This document shows positions 15,649-24,130 of a stretch of 32,000 nt of DNA, piece by piece. The DNA is from Candidatus Saccharimonadota bacterium (GTDB taxonomy: Bacteria > Patescibacteriota > Gracilibacteria > UBA1369 > 2-02-FULL-48-14): the NCBI GenBank assembly GCA_041661045.1, contig JBAZVE010000001.1, positions 120,001 through 152,000 on the forward strand, written 5' to 3'. The position numbers and the translations under genes are program-made. The notes below the pieces were generated by a model. It searched no databases, was not told the DNA's origin, and saw only the letters and a list, made by a program, of their open reading frames with translations. Each line of letters opens with the position of its first letter. Within the stretch, counting starts at the first letter, position 1.

Positions 15649-17733
15649 GTGAAAAACTTAAAGAAAATTTGGTTTGGAGGAGTGGCGACGGCCGTGATTC
15701 TTGCGGCATGTTTGGGCTTTAGAGCCTCCGGAGTTTTGGAGGGGATGCAGCAGAATTTGAGCACCAAACTTTATAGTGAGAGAGAACTTCTGGAAGACAT
15801 TGTGATTGTGGCGATTGATGAAAAAAGTCTTTCTGCACCTGAGCAGGGTGGCTTAAGTGGATTTCAATCGTGGTCACGCAAGACTTATGCGGATACGCTG
15901 AGCACCATTGAAAAGGGGGAGCCGGCGGTGGTGTTTTTTGATGTTTTGTTTTCGTCGGAATCCAATGGAATTAAATCGGATGAATTGATCTCCACCGTCC
16001 AAGAAAGCGAAAGCCCCATGGCCTTTGCCGAAGCGGTGATTGCGTATGCTCAGAGTCCGCATCCCTATGACCAATATTTTGCGACTGTGCTGCGCCAGTA
16101 TGACAATGTTATCCTCATGAAAAATACGCTGGGAGTGGTGGCGTGGAATGGGCATGCGTTTGAAATTCCAGCGGAGACAAGACCTCTCGAATTGTTTGCA
16201 CAGGCCGCCAAGCTGGCGTTCACCACTGTGATTGATACTGAAGAAGGACAAAACTCCAGTATTATTTTTGCCATCCCCACTCAGTTTGAGCTGGATGGGG
16301 TCACCGAAGAACATATTGACCTGCAGTTGGCTCGTATTTACAAACAAAGCAAGGGCGAGGATTTGGAGGTTTTGGCGGAAGATGGAGAAATGCTCATCAA
16401 CTATGCGGCTCCGTCTTATAGCGTTCCCATGGTTTCTTTTTCCGATGTTTATTACTCCCGCGTGGATCCAAAAATCTTTGAGGGAAAAATTGTTTTGATT
16501 GGAGCCACGGCAGCACTTTTGCAGGATCGTCATTTCACTCCCATCGACTTGAATCGCCCCATGCCCGGAGTGGAAATTCACGCCCATGCCATACAAACTT
16601 TACTTGAGGGGAAATTCTTGCTGCACCAAGGTCTGGGTGGTTTCATCCTTTTGGTGGGTGGGCTTTCTTTGTTTTTTATGGCGGTGTTTTTGTGGACCCC
16701 GGTGCTTGTGGGCGGCGTGGCTTTGCTTATGGGGCTCGGTGCCTTCCCTTTTTATGCGCAATGGGCATTTAACCGAGGCACCGTTGTGAGTTTGATTTGG
16801 CCTGTGTTTGCCATGATTGCCGCCTTTTTAGCCGCACTGGCTTACCGAAATTTCACGGAGTTTGCGGAGAAGCGGAAACTCAAAAACGCATTCTCACACT
16901 ATGTTTCCCCCGAGCTTGCCGAGGAAATTACGGAGAAGCCTGAGAATTTAAAACTGGGAGGAGAACGAAGAAATATCACTGCATTGTTTTTGGATATCGA
17001 AAACTTCACCAACTTGAGTGAGGGGATGGAACCGCAGGAAGTGGTGAAGGTCATCAACACTTATTTTGATGCTCTGTCTCAAGTGATCATGCACTTTGGC
17101 GGAAGCGTGGACAAATACGAAGGCGATGCGATTATGGCGCTGTTTGGTGCGCCGGTTCCCAGCACGAATCATGCGATAGCGGCTTGCCACAGTGCTTTGG
17201 CGATTGTGGAAAAAATGAAGGAACTGAATGCGGAGACGGGCCACTCCTTAAAGATTCGGATTGGGCTGGCCACAGGAGATGCGATTGTGGGCAATATGGG
17301 ATCTTCCCAACGCTTTGATTACACCGCCATGGGCGACATTGTAAACACCGCTTCCCGCTTGGAAGGGGCCAATAAATTTTATGGCACCGGGATTTTGGTC
17401 AACGAAGGAACTTATGAAGCGGCGAAGGGGGAAATCTTTTTCCGATCGGTGGATCGAGTGTGCTTGAAAGGCAAGGATCAAGTGATTTCTATTTTCCAAG
17501 TTATGGGCCCGCAAGAGGGTGTGAGTGCGGATGGAAAAAAATTGGTGGAAGAGTGGAACAGCGCACTTGAAGACTATCGCAATGCGCGATGGGATGAGGC
17601 CGAAAAAAAGATGCAGGTGGTGCTCCAAAAACTTCCGGACGATGGCCCTGCTCAAACCCTTTTGGGGCGCATCACTCAACTGCGGCTACGACCTGGAAGC
17701 TGGGATGGAGTCTGGCGCTTTGACGAGAAGTAA
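15649..17733 (+). CDS. CHASE2 sensor domain-containing class III adenylate/guanylate cyclase
   Basis: N-terminal TM, extracytoplasmic CHASE2-like region, three TM helices (aa ~330-400). Cyclase motifs ITALFLDIENFTNLSE, KYEGDAIMALFGAP, IRIGLATGDAIVGNMGS and DYTAMGDIVNTASRLE. Confidence 0.9.
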   Translation: MKNLKKIWFGGVATAVILAACLGFRASGVLEGMQQNLSTKLYSERELLEDIVIVAIDEKSLSAPEQGGLSGFQSWSRKTYADTLSTIEKGEPAVVFFDVLFSSESNGIKSDELISTVQESESPMAFAEAVIAYAQSPHPYDQYFATVLRQYDNVILMKNTLGVVAWNGHAFEIPAETRPLELFAQAAKLAFTTVIDTEEGQNSSIIFAIPTQFELDGVTEEHIDLQLARIYKQSKGEDLEVLAEDGEMLINYAAPSYSVPMVSFSDVYYSRVDPKIFEGKIVLIGATAALLQDRHFTPIDLNRPMPGVEIHAHAIQTLLEGKFLLHQGLGGFILLVGGLSLFFMAVFLWTPVLVGGVALLMGLGAFPFYAQWAFNRGTVVSLIWPVFAMIAAFLAALAYRNFTEFAEKRKLKNAFSHYVSPELAEEITEKPENLKLGGERRNITALFLDIENFTNLSEGMEPQEVVKVINTYFDALSQVIMHFGGSVDKYEGDAIMALFGAPVPSTNHAIAACHSALAIVEKMKELNAETGHSLKIRIGLATGDAIVGNMGSSQRFDYTAMGDIVNTASRLEGANKFYGTGILVNEGTYEAAKGEIFFRSVDRVCLKGKDQVISIFQVMGPQEGVSADGKKLVEEWNSALEDYRNARWDEAEKKMQVVLQKLPDDGPAQTLLGRITQLRLRPGSWDGVWRFDEK

Positions 17734-18645
17734 GCCAGCTTTTTTCGCTTGGTCCCAATTGATCACCACGATCAACGAGCTGAGCAGAGTGAAGGCCAAG
17801 AAGAAGCCGTCGTATTTTGTCCAAGGTTCAATGAGCAAGATCGCGCTGAGTAGGGTTGGGAGTGTCACGGCATAAATGGCTGTTTTGTAGGAGGATTCAA
17901 ATGAATAAGGAACCTTCATGATGGCGCCCACCACCATGAGCACCAAGGCAAGGATGAGCAGGTAAAACATGCGCGCAAGCATCACCACAACAAAGGTGCC
18001 AATAAAGGCCAAGACCACCAAGAAAGGAATGAAATTGTTGAGTTTGGACCAGACCTCGTTCATCACTTGATCCACAACGGTTTTGTTGAGAACGGTATTT
18101 GGGGTGCCTTCCAGAGCGATGCTTTCCACTCGATTTTCTTCAGATTTCACCACCACGGAATCCTGGGTTAGCCATGCGAGTGTGTTGTAAGCCTTGAATT
18201 GTTCCAATGAAAAAGGAGTTTGTGTGTCCACCACCAAGATGCTGAAGGATTCCAAATCTATGGGTTCGGTGGCGCTGAGACCGTTTTCAAATTCCGTCTT
18301 GAACTCTCCGTCCCATTCTTCCGTCGATACAAAGTCATTCACGCGAAAATAGTAAGGCTCTTGCATGTTGGAGTGCGCCTTTCCATCTTGAATGGTGACC
18401 ACGAGTTCCTCGGGGTAAAAGTTGAGAACATTTGAGATGCTTTGCTCGATTTGATCTCTGTGCGTCAAGTAAGGAACGAGCACCAAGAAAATGCTGCACA
18501 GCAGCACGATGAGGGCGGTGAACCCCGCCAAATAACCAAAACTCTTTCCAAAAGATTGTCCGGGAATGCCGGCGTAGAAAGAGGGGGAATAAATGGACGA
18601 TGGAATGGACTTGAAAAAGCCGACGGACTTGGTTTTTTTGCTCAT
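17686..18645 (-). CDS. DUF1189-like polytopic membrane protein
   Basis: Start chosen at MSKKTKSVGFFKSIPSSIYSPSFYAGIPGQSFGKSFGYL (DUF1189-like N-terminus). The longer ORF to 18735 would overlap rsmI. The 3' end overlaps the cyclase 3' end by 48 nt. Confidence 0.65.
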   Translation of the reverse strand: MSKKTKSVGFFKSIPSSIYSPSFYAGIPGQSFGKSFGYLAGFTALIVLLCSIFLVLVPYLTHRDQIEQSISNVLNFYPEELVVTIQDGKAHSNMQEPYYFRVNDFVSTEEWDGEFKTEFENGLSATEPIDLESFSILVVDTQTPFSLEQFKAYNTLAWLTQDSVVVKSEENRVESIALEGTPNTVLNKTVVDQVMNEVWSKLNNFIPFLVVLAFIGTFVVVMLARMFYLLILALVLMVVGAIMKVPYSFESSYKTAIYAVTLPTLLSAILLIEPWTKYDGFFLAFTLLSSLIVVINWDQAKKAGLLLVKAPDSIPASRS

Positions 18646-18668
18646 GGGTATATGTGGATGCTCACATT

Positions 18669-19346
18669 TTACCACTGAAAGTTCGCTGGGGCCAAGAGCA
18701 GAACCATCTCCCCTTTCATGGGTTGTTTTTTGCAAAGTGTTTCGAGCTCGGCAAGCGTCCCGCGATGAAATGACTCATGTATTTTTGTGAGCTCCCGCGC
18801 AATGACCATGATGCGATCCGGTCCCAAGATTTCGCGCATCTGGCTGATGGTTTTTTGGAGGCGGTGAGGCGATTCGTAGAGCACGGTTGTGGAAGTGGAT
18901 TCCCGTAAAGATTCGAACAAAGTTTGGCGGCCTTTTTTTGCCGGGATGAAACCGAGGTAGACAAAAGCGTTCATGGGGAGGCCGCCGCCCATGAGTGCGG
19001 TAAGAAACGCTGCGGGGCCCGGAATGGGAACGATGGAGATTCCGGCGGCGACGGCGGCCTTGAGCAAAACCCAGGCCGGGTCGGAGATACCGGGGGTTCC
19101 GGCATCGGTGATGAGAGCGATGGATTTTCCGCTCCGCATTTCTTCGATCAAGGCATTGGCTTTGGCATCGGTGCTGTAACTGTGAAAACTGGTGCATGGC
19201 GTCTCAATGCCATAATGCTTGAGCAAAATTTGAGAGTGACGCGTGTCTTCCGCCGCAATGAGGTCCACCTCTTTTAAAGTGCGCAGTGCGCGCAGTGTGA
19301 TGTCTTCCAAATTTCCAATGGGAGTAGCAACCAAGTAGAGGCTCAT
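18669..19346 (-). CDS. rsmI: 16S rRNA (cytidine1402-2'-O)-methyltransferase
   Basis: MSLYLVATPIGNLEDITLRALRTLKEVDLIAAEDTRHSQILLKHYGI... is the typical RsmI (tetrapyrrole-methylase fold) N-terminus. Confidence 0.9.
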   Translation of the reverse strand: MSLYLVATPIGNLEDITLRALRTLKEVDLIAAEDTRHSQILLKHYGIETPCTSFHSYSTDAKANALIEEMRSGKSIALITDAGTPGISDPAWVLLKAAVAAGISIVPIPGPAAFLTALMGGGLPMNAFVYLGFIPAKKGRQTLFESLRESTSTTVLYESPHRLQKTISQMREILGPDRIMVIARELTKIHESFHRGTLAELETLCKKQPMKGEMVLLLAPANFQW

Positions 19347-20017
19347 TGTTTCCAGGGGTCAGAGGAATGGGTGATATGTGGACCTTTTAAGTACAGTGGC
19401 TCAACTGTGTTTTTTTCTTCCAGCTGCTCCACTCCGTGTGTCATCAACATCTCTCCAAGGGTCTGCAGTTCGTGACCTTCCACCACTCTCCACTTTTTTT
19501 CGAGTATGAGCGAGTGCAATTCTTCTTGCAGGGTTTCATTCAATTGTGCCACGACGCAAATGCCGCTTCCGTGCGGGTAGTCTTTGAGCAAAGGCGCAAG
19601 CATTCCCACCTTTATTTCTTCATCTTGGAATTGTACTCCGGCGTCCATGCGGCCTGCGTGCAAAATCACCAGGATCGGATCTGCAAGTGCCGCTTTTCTC
19701 CTTAAAAGCTCAAAGGTGTCGATGGCATAGAGCTTGGCGTGGAGCCCTTCCGCCAGAGCATTGGCAAAAGCAACTCCGGTACGAAGCGCCGTGAAGGAGC
19801 CCGGCCCTCGAACCACAATAATTTGCTTTATTTCTTCTTTTTGCGTGCCCGTTTCTTCCAAAAGTTTTTTTAAAAAAGCTGGTAATTCTTCCACCGCATT
19901 CCGTGTGTCGAGCCAAATTTTCTCGCTGATGAGCTCCCATTCGCCCGGACTGGCTGGGTTCTCACGCAAAAGCGCCATTTCGTGCTGAACCTGTGCGGTA
20001 TTGATGGCTAATATCAT
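19343..20017 (-). CDS. tsaB: tRNA threonylcarbamoyladenosine (t6A) biosynthesis protein TsaB
   Basis: ILAINTA..., IIVVRGPGSFTALRTGVAFANALAEGL. 4-nt overlaps with both neighbouring genes. Confidence 0.85.
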   Translation of the reverse strand: MILAINTAQVQHEMALLRENPASPGEWELISEKIWLDTRNAVEELPAFLKKLLEETGTQKEEIKQIIVVRGPGSFTALRTGVAFANALAEGLHAKLYAIDTFELLRRKAALADPILVILHAGRMDAGVQFQDEEIKVGMLAPLLKDYPHGSGICVVAQLNETLQEELHSLILEKKWRVVEGHELQTLGEMLMTHGVEQLEEKNTVEPLYLKGPHITHSSDPWKQ

Positions 20018-22851
20018 AGGGAAGAAAGTTCCACTCCAGTGTAGTAGTACTTGATGATTTCTTCAAATGACCAGCCTTCTTCCGCCAACGATTTTGCGCC
20101 ACAACCGGAGAGTCCCACCCCATGTCCCGCGAAGCTGCTGCTTTCACAATAGGGATCGGGAACAGAGATGAGGTAAGGGGTGTCGGTCCATCCCCAAACG
20201 GCTTTGGCGCTTTTTGTGGCCACTCCATCGGACTTGCTGAAGTAAGGAGTTTTGATGACTTTTCCTTTGTACGCCACCACCGTTCCTTCGGTTGCTTGAG
20301 CGGCTGCAACCACATTGGGGTGCCGCAGTTCATAGCCGTATCCCAAGTATTTTTGGAAAGTATTGGGGTCGTCTTCTCCATCGTAAGGCATGCCCGGGAA
20401 TTTATCGGCCTGAGTTAAATAGTAGTATGCGTAGCTGCGCGCGAGCACGGACATGGTTTTGAGTTTTTCCTCAGGCGTTTCATTGGTCTCTTCTGCCATT
20501 CCCATCAAATACTCTTCCAAAGGCAATTCATTGATGAGGATCGTTTCGTTCTCCACTTCGCGCACTTCGATGGTGCCGCGGAATTGATTATCATTGATGC
20601 TGGGATCCCACGATGCCTTTTGCTCCATGGTCATGATTTTCATGATTCCGCCATCCTCCGGCACAAAACGAATGGGTTCATCGCTGGTCCATCTTTTAGA
20701 GCCGGATGACACGGTAAACGATTCTCCCGGTGTCACACGCACTCGGCTGTTTGCCTTAAATGTTTCCAATTCTTCCTCCCCCGCATAAACCGCAAAACTT
20801 GTGGAGGAGCTCACAATGGGTGACCCCACTTCGTTGTTTGGAGTGAGTTTGATTCGAATGGGATTTTTGTAGGTGGTGGCCTCAAATTCTTCTTCCGCCC
20901 CCACGGTGATTTTTAGCGCATACGCATCGGTACTGAGATTGGAAGAGCCCAACCGTGGACGAATGGACAGGGTGTGTGTGCCTTCTTCTTCCGGAGCGGT
21001 GAGGCTAAAGAAAATGCGGCTGGTGGAACCCGGTTTGAGATTACTGAATGAGATGCGTGGAGTTCCCGTTTGCATGCCCTGCGCCTTGGTGAAGGCGAGA
21101 GAGAATGGATTGGATCCCGTAGCAGTCCATGTTTGCGTGCCGGTGTTTTTCACTTTAACCCAAATGTATTTTTCTTCACCAGGCTCAAAGTTCAAATCCT
21201 CGTAAGTTTCTTGAATGATTTCTTCATCCTCATCGTCATCGTCATTGTCGGAGCTGGAGGAGGAACCGGAACTTCTTGTTTTTTCCTTGCCCTCCACAAA
21301 GAATCCGAGGTCTATGATTTGTGCTCCTTTTTCCACTCCATTGATCATTGGCACGGCTTCAAAATAAGCCAGACCTCCCTCACTTGTAGCGGTCACGGAA
21401 AAAGTGAAGGTGGCGATTTTACCCGGAGCGACCGAAGTTTCCTTCATGGTGGCGACCCCTTTTTTGGAGTCCCTTGCCATGGTGATGATTTCATCGGCGT
21501 CCGCATCCGTATCCACCTTCAAGTAGGTGCTTGAGCTCCATGTTTCGGTTCCTGTGTTTTTAATTTTTAAAGATACACCCGCTTTCTTTCCGGAATCCAC
21601 AAGGATGAGTTCCCGATTCCCCTGTTCTTCGTAGGCAAATCGTCCGCTGGTTTTTTCTTCTTCCATCGCTGCGGAAACCATTTTGCGAATATCTTCCAAA
21701 TAGTCAAACGCGTAATCGCCTGGGCAGGCGGTGGCGTCCACATCCCGGTGGCCCAAAAGGTTATCCATTGTATTGCCGCGGTATTTGCCTCTTCCATCAA
21801 TGTCAATATCGTGGAGCTCTGCTTTTTCATAAATCAAGCCGGTGAGCGCTTGCATCATTTCTCCAGGCATTTGACTTTCTTCGTAATTCCCGATCAAAGC
21901 AATTCCCACGGTTCCCGTGTTGTATCCGGACGCATGCCCCGCCACCACTCCATCTTCCCCGGCACGGCCTTGAAACACCGTTCCATCTGGAGCAATGACG
22001 AAATTGTATCCAATGTCGCCCCAGCCGCGGGTGACCGCGTGGTAATAATAAATGGCGCGCATGGCTTCTTCGGGTTTCGTCAAACTGTCGGTGGTGGCCG
22101 TGTGGTGCACAATGATTTTCTTCACTTCTTTTGGATATGCTTGAGGCCACAAATAAGGATTCCCGTCTTCATCCGTTTCCACTTCCTCCACAATCTTCAA
22201 ATCGGGATCGGTCTCGGTGTATCCTTCGTTGGTTGAGGAGCTGAGGCTGGCATCGTAGTGCCGTTTGAGTAAGATTTCTTCATCGGCATTCCAGTCTTCA
22301 CGCGTTTCAATTTCTCCTTCATCTTTAAATACGAGTTTTTGCAGTTGATGCAGCGTGGAACTCTTTCCTCCATCCACGGCATCAAAAGAGACGCTGCTGA
22401 GCTTTGGCGTGACGGAAGTGTCTTCCGTGGCTAGGAAAACACGGTATTGGAAGGCTTCGCTCTCTCCCGTGATCACATAAGTCCATAAGTCTCCACTGTC
22501 TCCATCCGGATGATCTTCGTCCGCTTGCAGGGCTTGCCAGTCGGTCCATGTGCCTTCCGTGCTTCTAAAACGAATCTCAATGGAGGCGGAAGTGCCCTGA
22601 GGCAGGGCTTCCTCCCAGTTGAGACCCAGGAGTTCAAAGTTTTGATCGGCCTCATAAACGGTTGACACAAAACGGCGCTCGGTTTGGTAATGCGGCCCCA
22701 CTTCAATGATGGAAGCCAGAGGTTCCAAAGGCAGTTGCAGAACCTGATCCCCTTCAATATGAGTACTGTGGCTTGGGGTTCCGTGGCTCAGCACCACAAG
22801 GAGTGGCAGGACCAGGAGAGCACCGAAACTGAGTTTTTTGAAAGAATTCAT
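20014..22851 (-). CDS. Secreted peptidoglycan hydrolase fusion: N-acetylmuramoyl-L-alanine amidase (Amidase_2) plus two Ig-like modules plus a SpoIID/LytB domain
   Basis: Start at [24 protein letters not shown] (signal peptide). Amidase_2 [57 protein letters not shown]. SpoIID ..[62 protein letters not shown]. Confidence 0.9.
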   Translation of the reverse strand: MNSFKKLSFGALLVLPLLVVLSHGTPSHSTHIEGDQVLQLPLEPLASIIEVGPHYQTERRFVSTVYEADQNFELLGLNWEEALPQGTSASIEIRFRSTEGTWTDWQALQADEDHPDGDSGDLWTYVITGESEAFQYRVFLATEDTSVTPKLSSVSFDAVDGGKSSTLHQLQKLVFKDEGEIETREDWNADEEILLKRHYDASLSSSTNEGYTETDPDLKIVEEVETDEDGNPYLWPQAYPKEVKKIIVHHTATTDSLTKPEEAMRAIYYYHAVTRGWGDIGYNFVIAPDGTVFQGRAGEDGVVAGHASGYNTGTVGIALIGNYEESQMPGEMMQALTGLIYEKAELHDIDIDGRGKYRGNTMDNLLGHRDVDATACPGDYAFDYLEDIRKMVSAAMEEEKTSGRFAYEEQGNRELILVDSGKKAGVSLKIKNTGTETWSSSTYLKVDTDADADEIITMARDSKKGVATMKETSVAPGKIATFTFSVTATSEGGLAYFEAVPMINGVEKGAQIIDLGFFVEGKEKTRSSGSSSSSDNDDDDEDEEIIQETYEDLNFEPGEEKYIWVKVKNTGTQTWTATGSNPFSLAFTKAQGMQTGTPRISFSNLKPGSTSRIFFSLTAPEEEGTHTLSIRPRLGSSNLSTDAYALKITVGAEEEFEATTYKNPIRIKLTPNNEVGSPIVSSSTSFAVYAGEEELETFKANSRVRVTPGESFTVSSGSKRWTSDEPIRFVPEDGGIMKIMTMEQKASWDPSINDNQFRGTIEVREVENETILINELPLEEYLMGMAEETNETPEEKLKTMSVLARSYAYYYLTQADKFPGMPYDGEDDPNTFQKYLGYGYELRHPNVVAAAQATEGTVVAYKGKVIKTPYFSKSDGVATKSAKAVWGWTDTPYLISVPDPYCESSSFAGHGVGLSGCGAKSLAEEGWSFEEIIKYYYTGVELSSL

Positions 22852-22938
22852 CTTGTTATTATAACATTTTTTGAGCCTTTTCTCAATGCGGCGATTGTGA
22901 TAAACTTCCCACACTTTTTATTTAATTACAACTCCCCC

Positions 22939-23259
22939 ATGGCTACCATTGTTACAGATCAAAACTTTACGGATGAGGTTTTATCTTCTAAAGTCCCCGT
23001 TCTTGTTGATTTTTTTGCCGAATGGTGTGGGCCTTGCAAGATGATTGCTCCAGTTGTGGAAGAGCTGGCTCATGAATACGAAGGCAAGGCGAAGGTCGTG
23101 AAGTTGAATGTGGATGAATCTATGGACACCGCTCAAAAATATGGAGTGATGAGCATTCCTACTTTGATTTTCTTTAAGAACGGTGAAGAAGTGGACCGCA
23201 GTGTTGGCTTGATGTCCAAAGATGCAATGGGAGAAACCCTCGATCGTTTGGCGGCTTAG
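22939..23259 (+). CDS. trxA: Thioredoxin
   Basis: 106 aa, [38 protein letters not shown] (WCGPC active site). The upstream part of the 22684 ORF is antisense to the hydrolase gene. Confidence 0.93.
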   Translation: MATIVTDQNFTDEVLSSKVPVLVDFFAEWCGPCKMIAPVVEELAHEYEGKAKVVKLNVDESMDTAQKYGVMSIPTLIFFKNGEEVDRSVGLMSKDAMGETLDRLAA

Positions 23260-23265
23260 CCTTCG

Positions 23266-23676
23266 CTACGCTTTGGCTTGTCTCTGAGCCTCTTTTTGGG
23301 CGCGCATGTCACAATCTTCGTTTTCGGGGTGGCCGTTGTGGCCTTTCACCCAGTTCCAGGAGATTTTTTTCCCTTGGATGAGGGGCGTTAGAAGCTCCCA
23401 AAGATCCAAATTCTTGTGGCGCTTCCAGTTTTTGGTGAGCGTGTTCAGCACCCAAGAAGAATCGCTGTAAAGCTCCATTTCTCGCTCTTCCGGGTGGGTT
23501 TTGGCCAACCATTTGAACGCTTCAATCACGGCGCTGAGTTCCATGCGGTTGTTGGTGGTGTACGGTTCCCCTCCCTGATCCCGATGAATTTTTCCATCGA
23601 TTTTTATGAGGGTAGCCCACGCTCCCGGCCCCGGATTTCCAAGGCAACTTCCGTCGGTGTAGATTTGAATCTTCAT
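23266..23676 (-). CDS. rnhA: Ribonuclease HI
   Basis: MKIQIYTDGSCLGNPGPGAWATLI..TNNRMELSAVIEAF..LYSDSSWVLN..WVKGHNGHPENEDCDMRAQ. Confidence 0.9.
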   Translation of the reverse strand: MKIQIYTDGSCLGNPGPGAWATLIKIDGKIHRDQGGEPYTTNNRMELSAVIEAFKWLAKTHPEEREMELYSDSSWVLNTLTKNWKRHKNLDLWELLTPLIQGKKISWNWVKGHNGHPENEDCDMRAQKEAQRQAKA

Positions 23677-23760
23677 GGACCCAATTGTAGCAAAGTTTTT
23701 TGGAATAAAAGAATTGACTTGAAAAAAGCTCCCCATCCCACTAAGATAAGCCAGCCTTTT

Positions 23761-23835
23761 GCGGGTGTCGTATAGTGGCTATTACCACAGCCTTCCAAGC
23801 TGTTGAGAGGGGTTCGATTCCCCTCACCCGCTCCA
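23761..23835 (+). tRNA. tRNA-Gly (anticodon UCC), CCA encoded
   Basis: Acceptor GCGGGTG/CACCCGC, anticodon stem ACAGC/GCTGT with loop CTTCCAA, T arm AGGGG-TTCGATT-CCCCT, discriminator T, CCA. 75 nt. Confidence 0.9.
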
Positions 23836-23838
23836 TTA

Positions 23839-23871
23839 AAAAACGGTGGCCCAAGGTGGCCAGCGGTTTTT
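23839..23871 (+). terminator. Imperfect GC stem-loop with a T-run after the tRNA (A-tract upstream, so possibly bidirectional)
   Basis: aaaaacggTGGCCcaaggtGGCCAgcggttttt: TGGCC/GGCCA stem with a 6-nt loop, extended by CG/CG and A:T pairs. Confidence 0.45.
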
Positions 23872-24000
23872 AACCGTAGTTGAAGGAGGGAAAGAGAACC
23901 CGTAGGGTTCGATACTCCCTAGGAGTGAGTGTCGCGGAAATCTGTGCGCACGCACACTTTTTGAATGGCGGATGGCTCTCTTAAGCCGAAATTTTGACCA

Positions 24001-24024
24001 AAATCTGTGCCCGGGCACAGATTT
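24001..24024. repeat. 24-nt perfect palindrome AAATCTGTGCCCGGGCACAGATTT; its half-site also occurs at 23938-23947
   Basis: The palindrome is self-complementary over all 24 nt. aaatctgtgc recurs as a direct copy 63 nt upstream. Confidence 0.8.
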
Positions 24025-24062
24025 CCATGACCGAGCGACGACGGGAGAGTGAGCGAAGCGAT

Positions 24063-24081
24063 ATTCCCCTCACCCGCTCCA
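24063..24081 (+). repeat. Direct duplicate of the tRNA-Gly 3' end (att-like core)
   Basis: attcccctcacccgctcca is identical to 23817-23835 (end of T loop, 3' T stem, 3' acceptor strand, CCA). Confidence 0.85.
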
Positions 24082-24105
24082 GACTATTAAAATTTTTAAT
24101 AGTCT
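24081..24105. repeat. 25-nt AT-rich perfect palindrome AGACTATTAAAA-T-TTTTAATAGTCT abutting the att-like repeat
   Basis: 12-nt arms are exact reverse complements. It lies 25 nt beyond the 3' end of the 24131 gene and could be a hairpin/terminator or a protein-binding site. Confidence 0.7.
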
Positions 24106-24130
24106 GCAGGACTTAGAGCTATTTTTGAAT

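Noticed and set aside
14580-16596. Minus-strand ORFs 14580-15149 and 15874-16596, antisense to the SLH and cyclase genes
   Set aside because: They lie entirely within well-supported plus-strand genes and have no recognisable motifs.
23836-24018. 60-aa minus-strand ORF in the spacer after tRNA-Gly
   Set aside because: It is Arg/Pro-rich and runs across palindromes and a terminator-like hairpin, with no start context. The region is better explained as non-coding.
23938-24024. Repeated AAATCTGTGC units as a possible mini CRISPR array
   Set aside because: There are only two direct copies plus one inverted copy. The units are 10 nt long, the spacing is irregular, and there are no cas genes.
23836-24081. 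Idea that the spacer plus the second tRNA-3'-end copy is a tmRNA, a second tRNA or a tRNA-like gene
   Set aside because: No complementary 5' acceptor strand (GCGGGTG) and no T-arm 5' half precedes the duplicate. There is no tag-peptide-like reading frame. An Rfam scan would be needed to exclude other ncRNAs.
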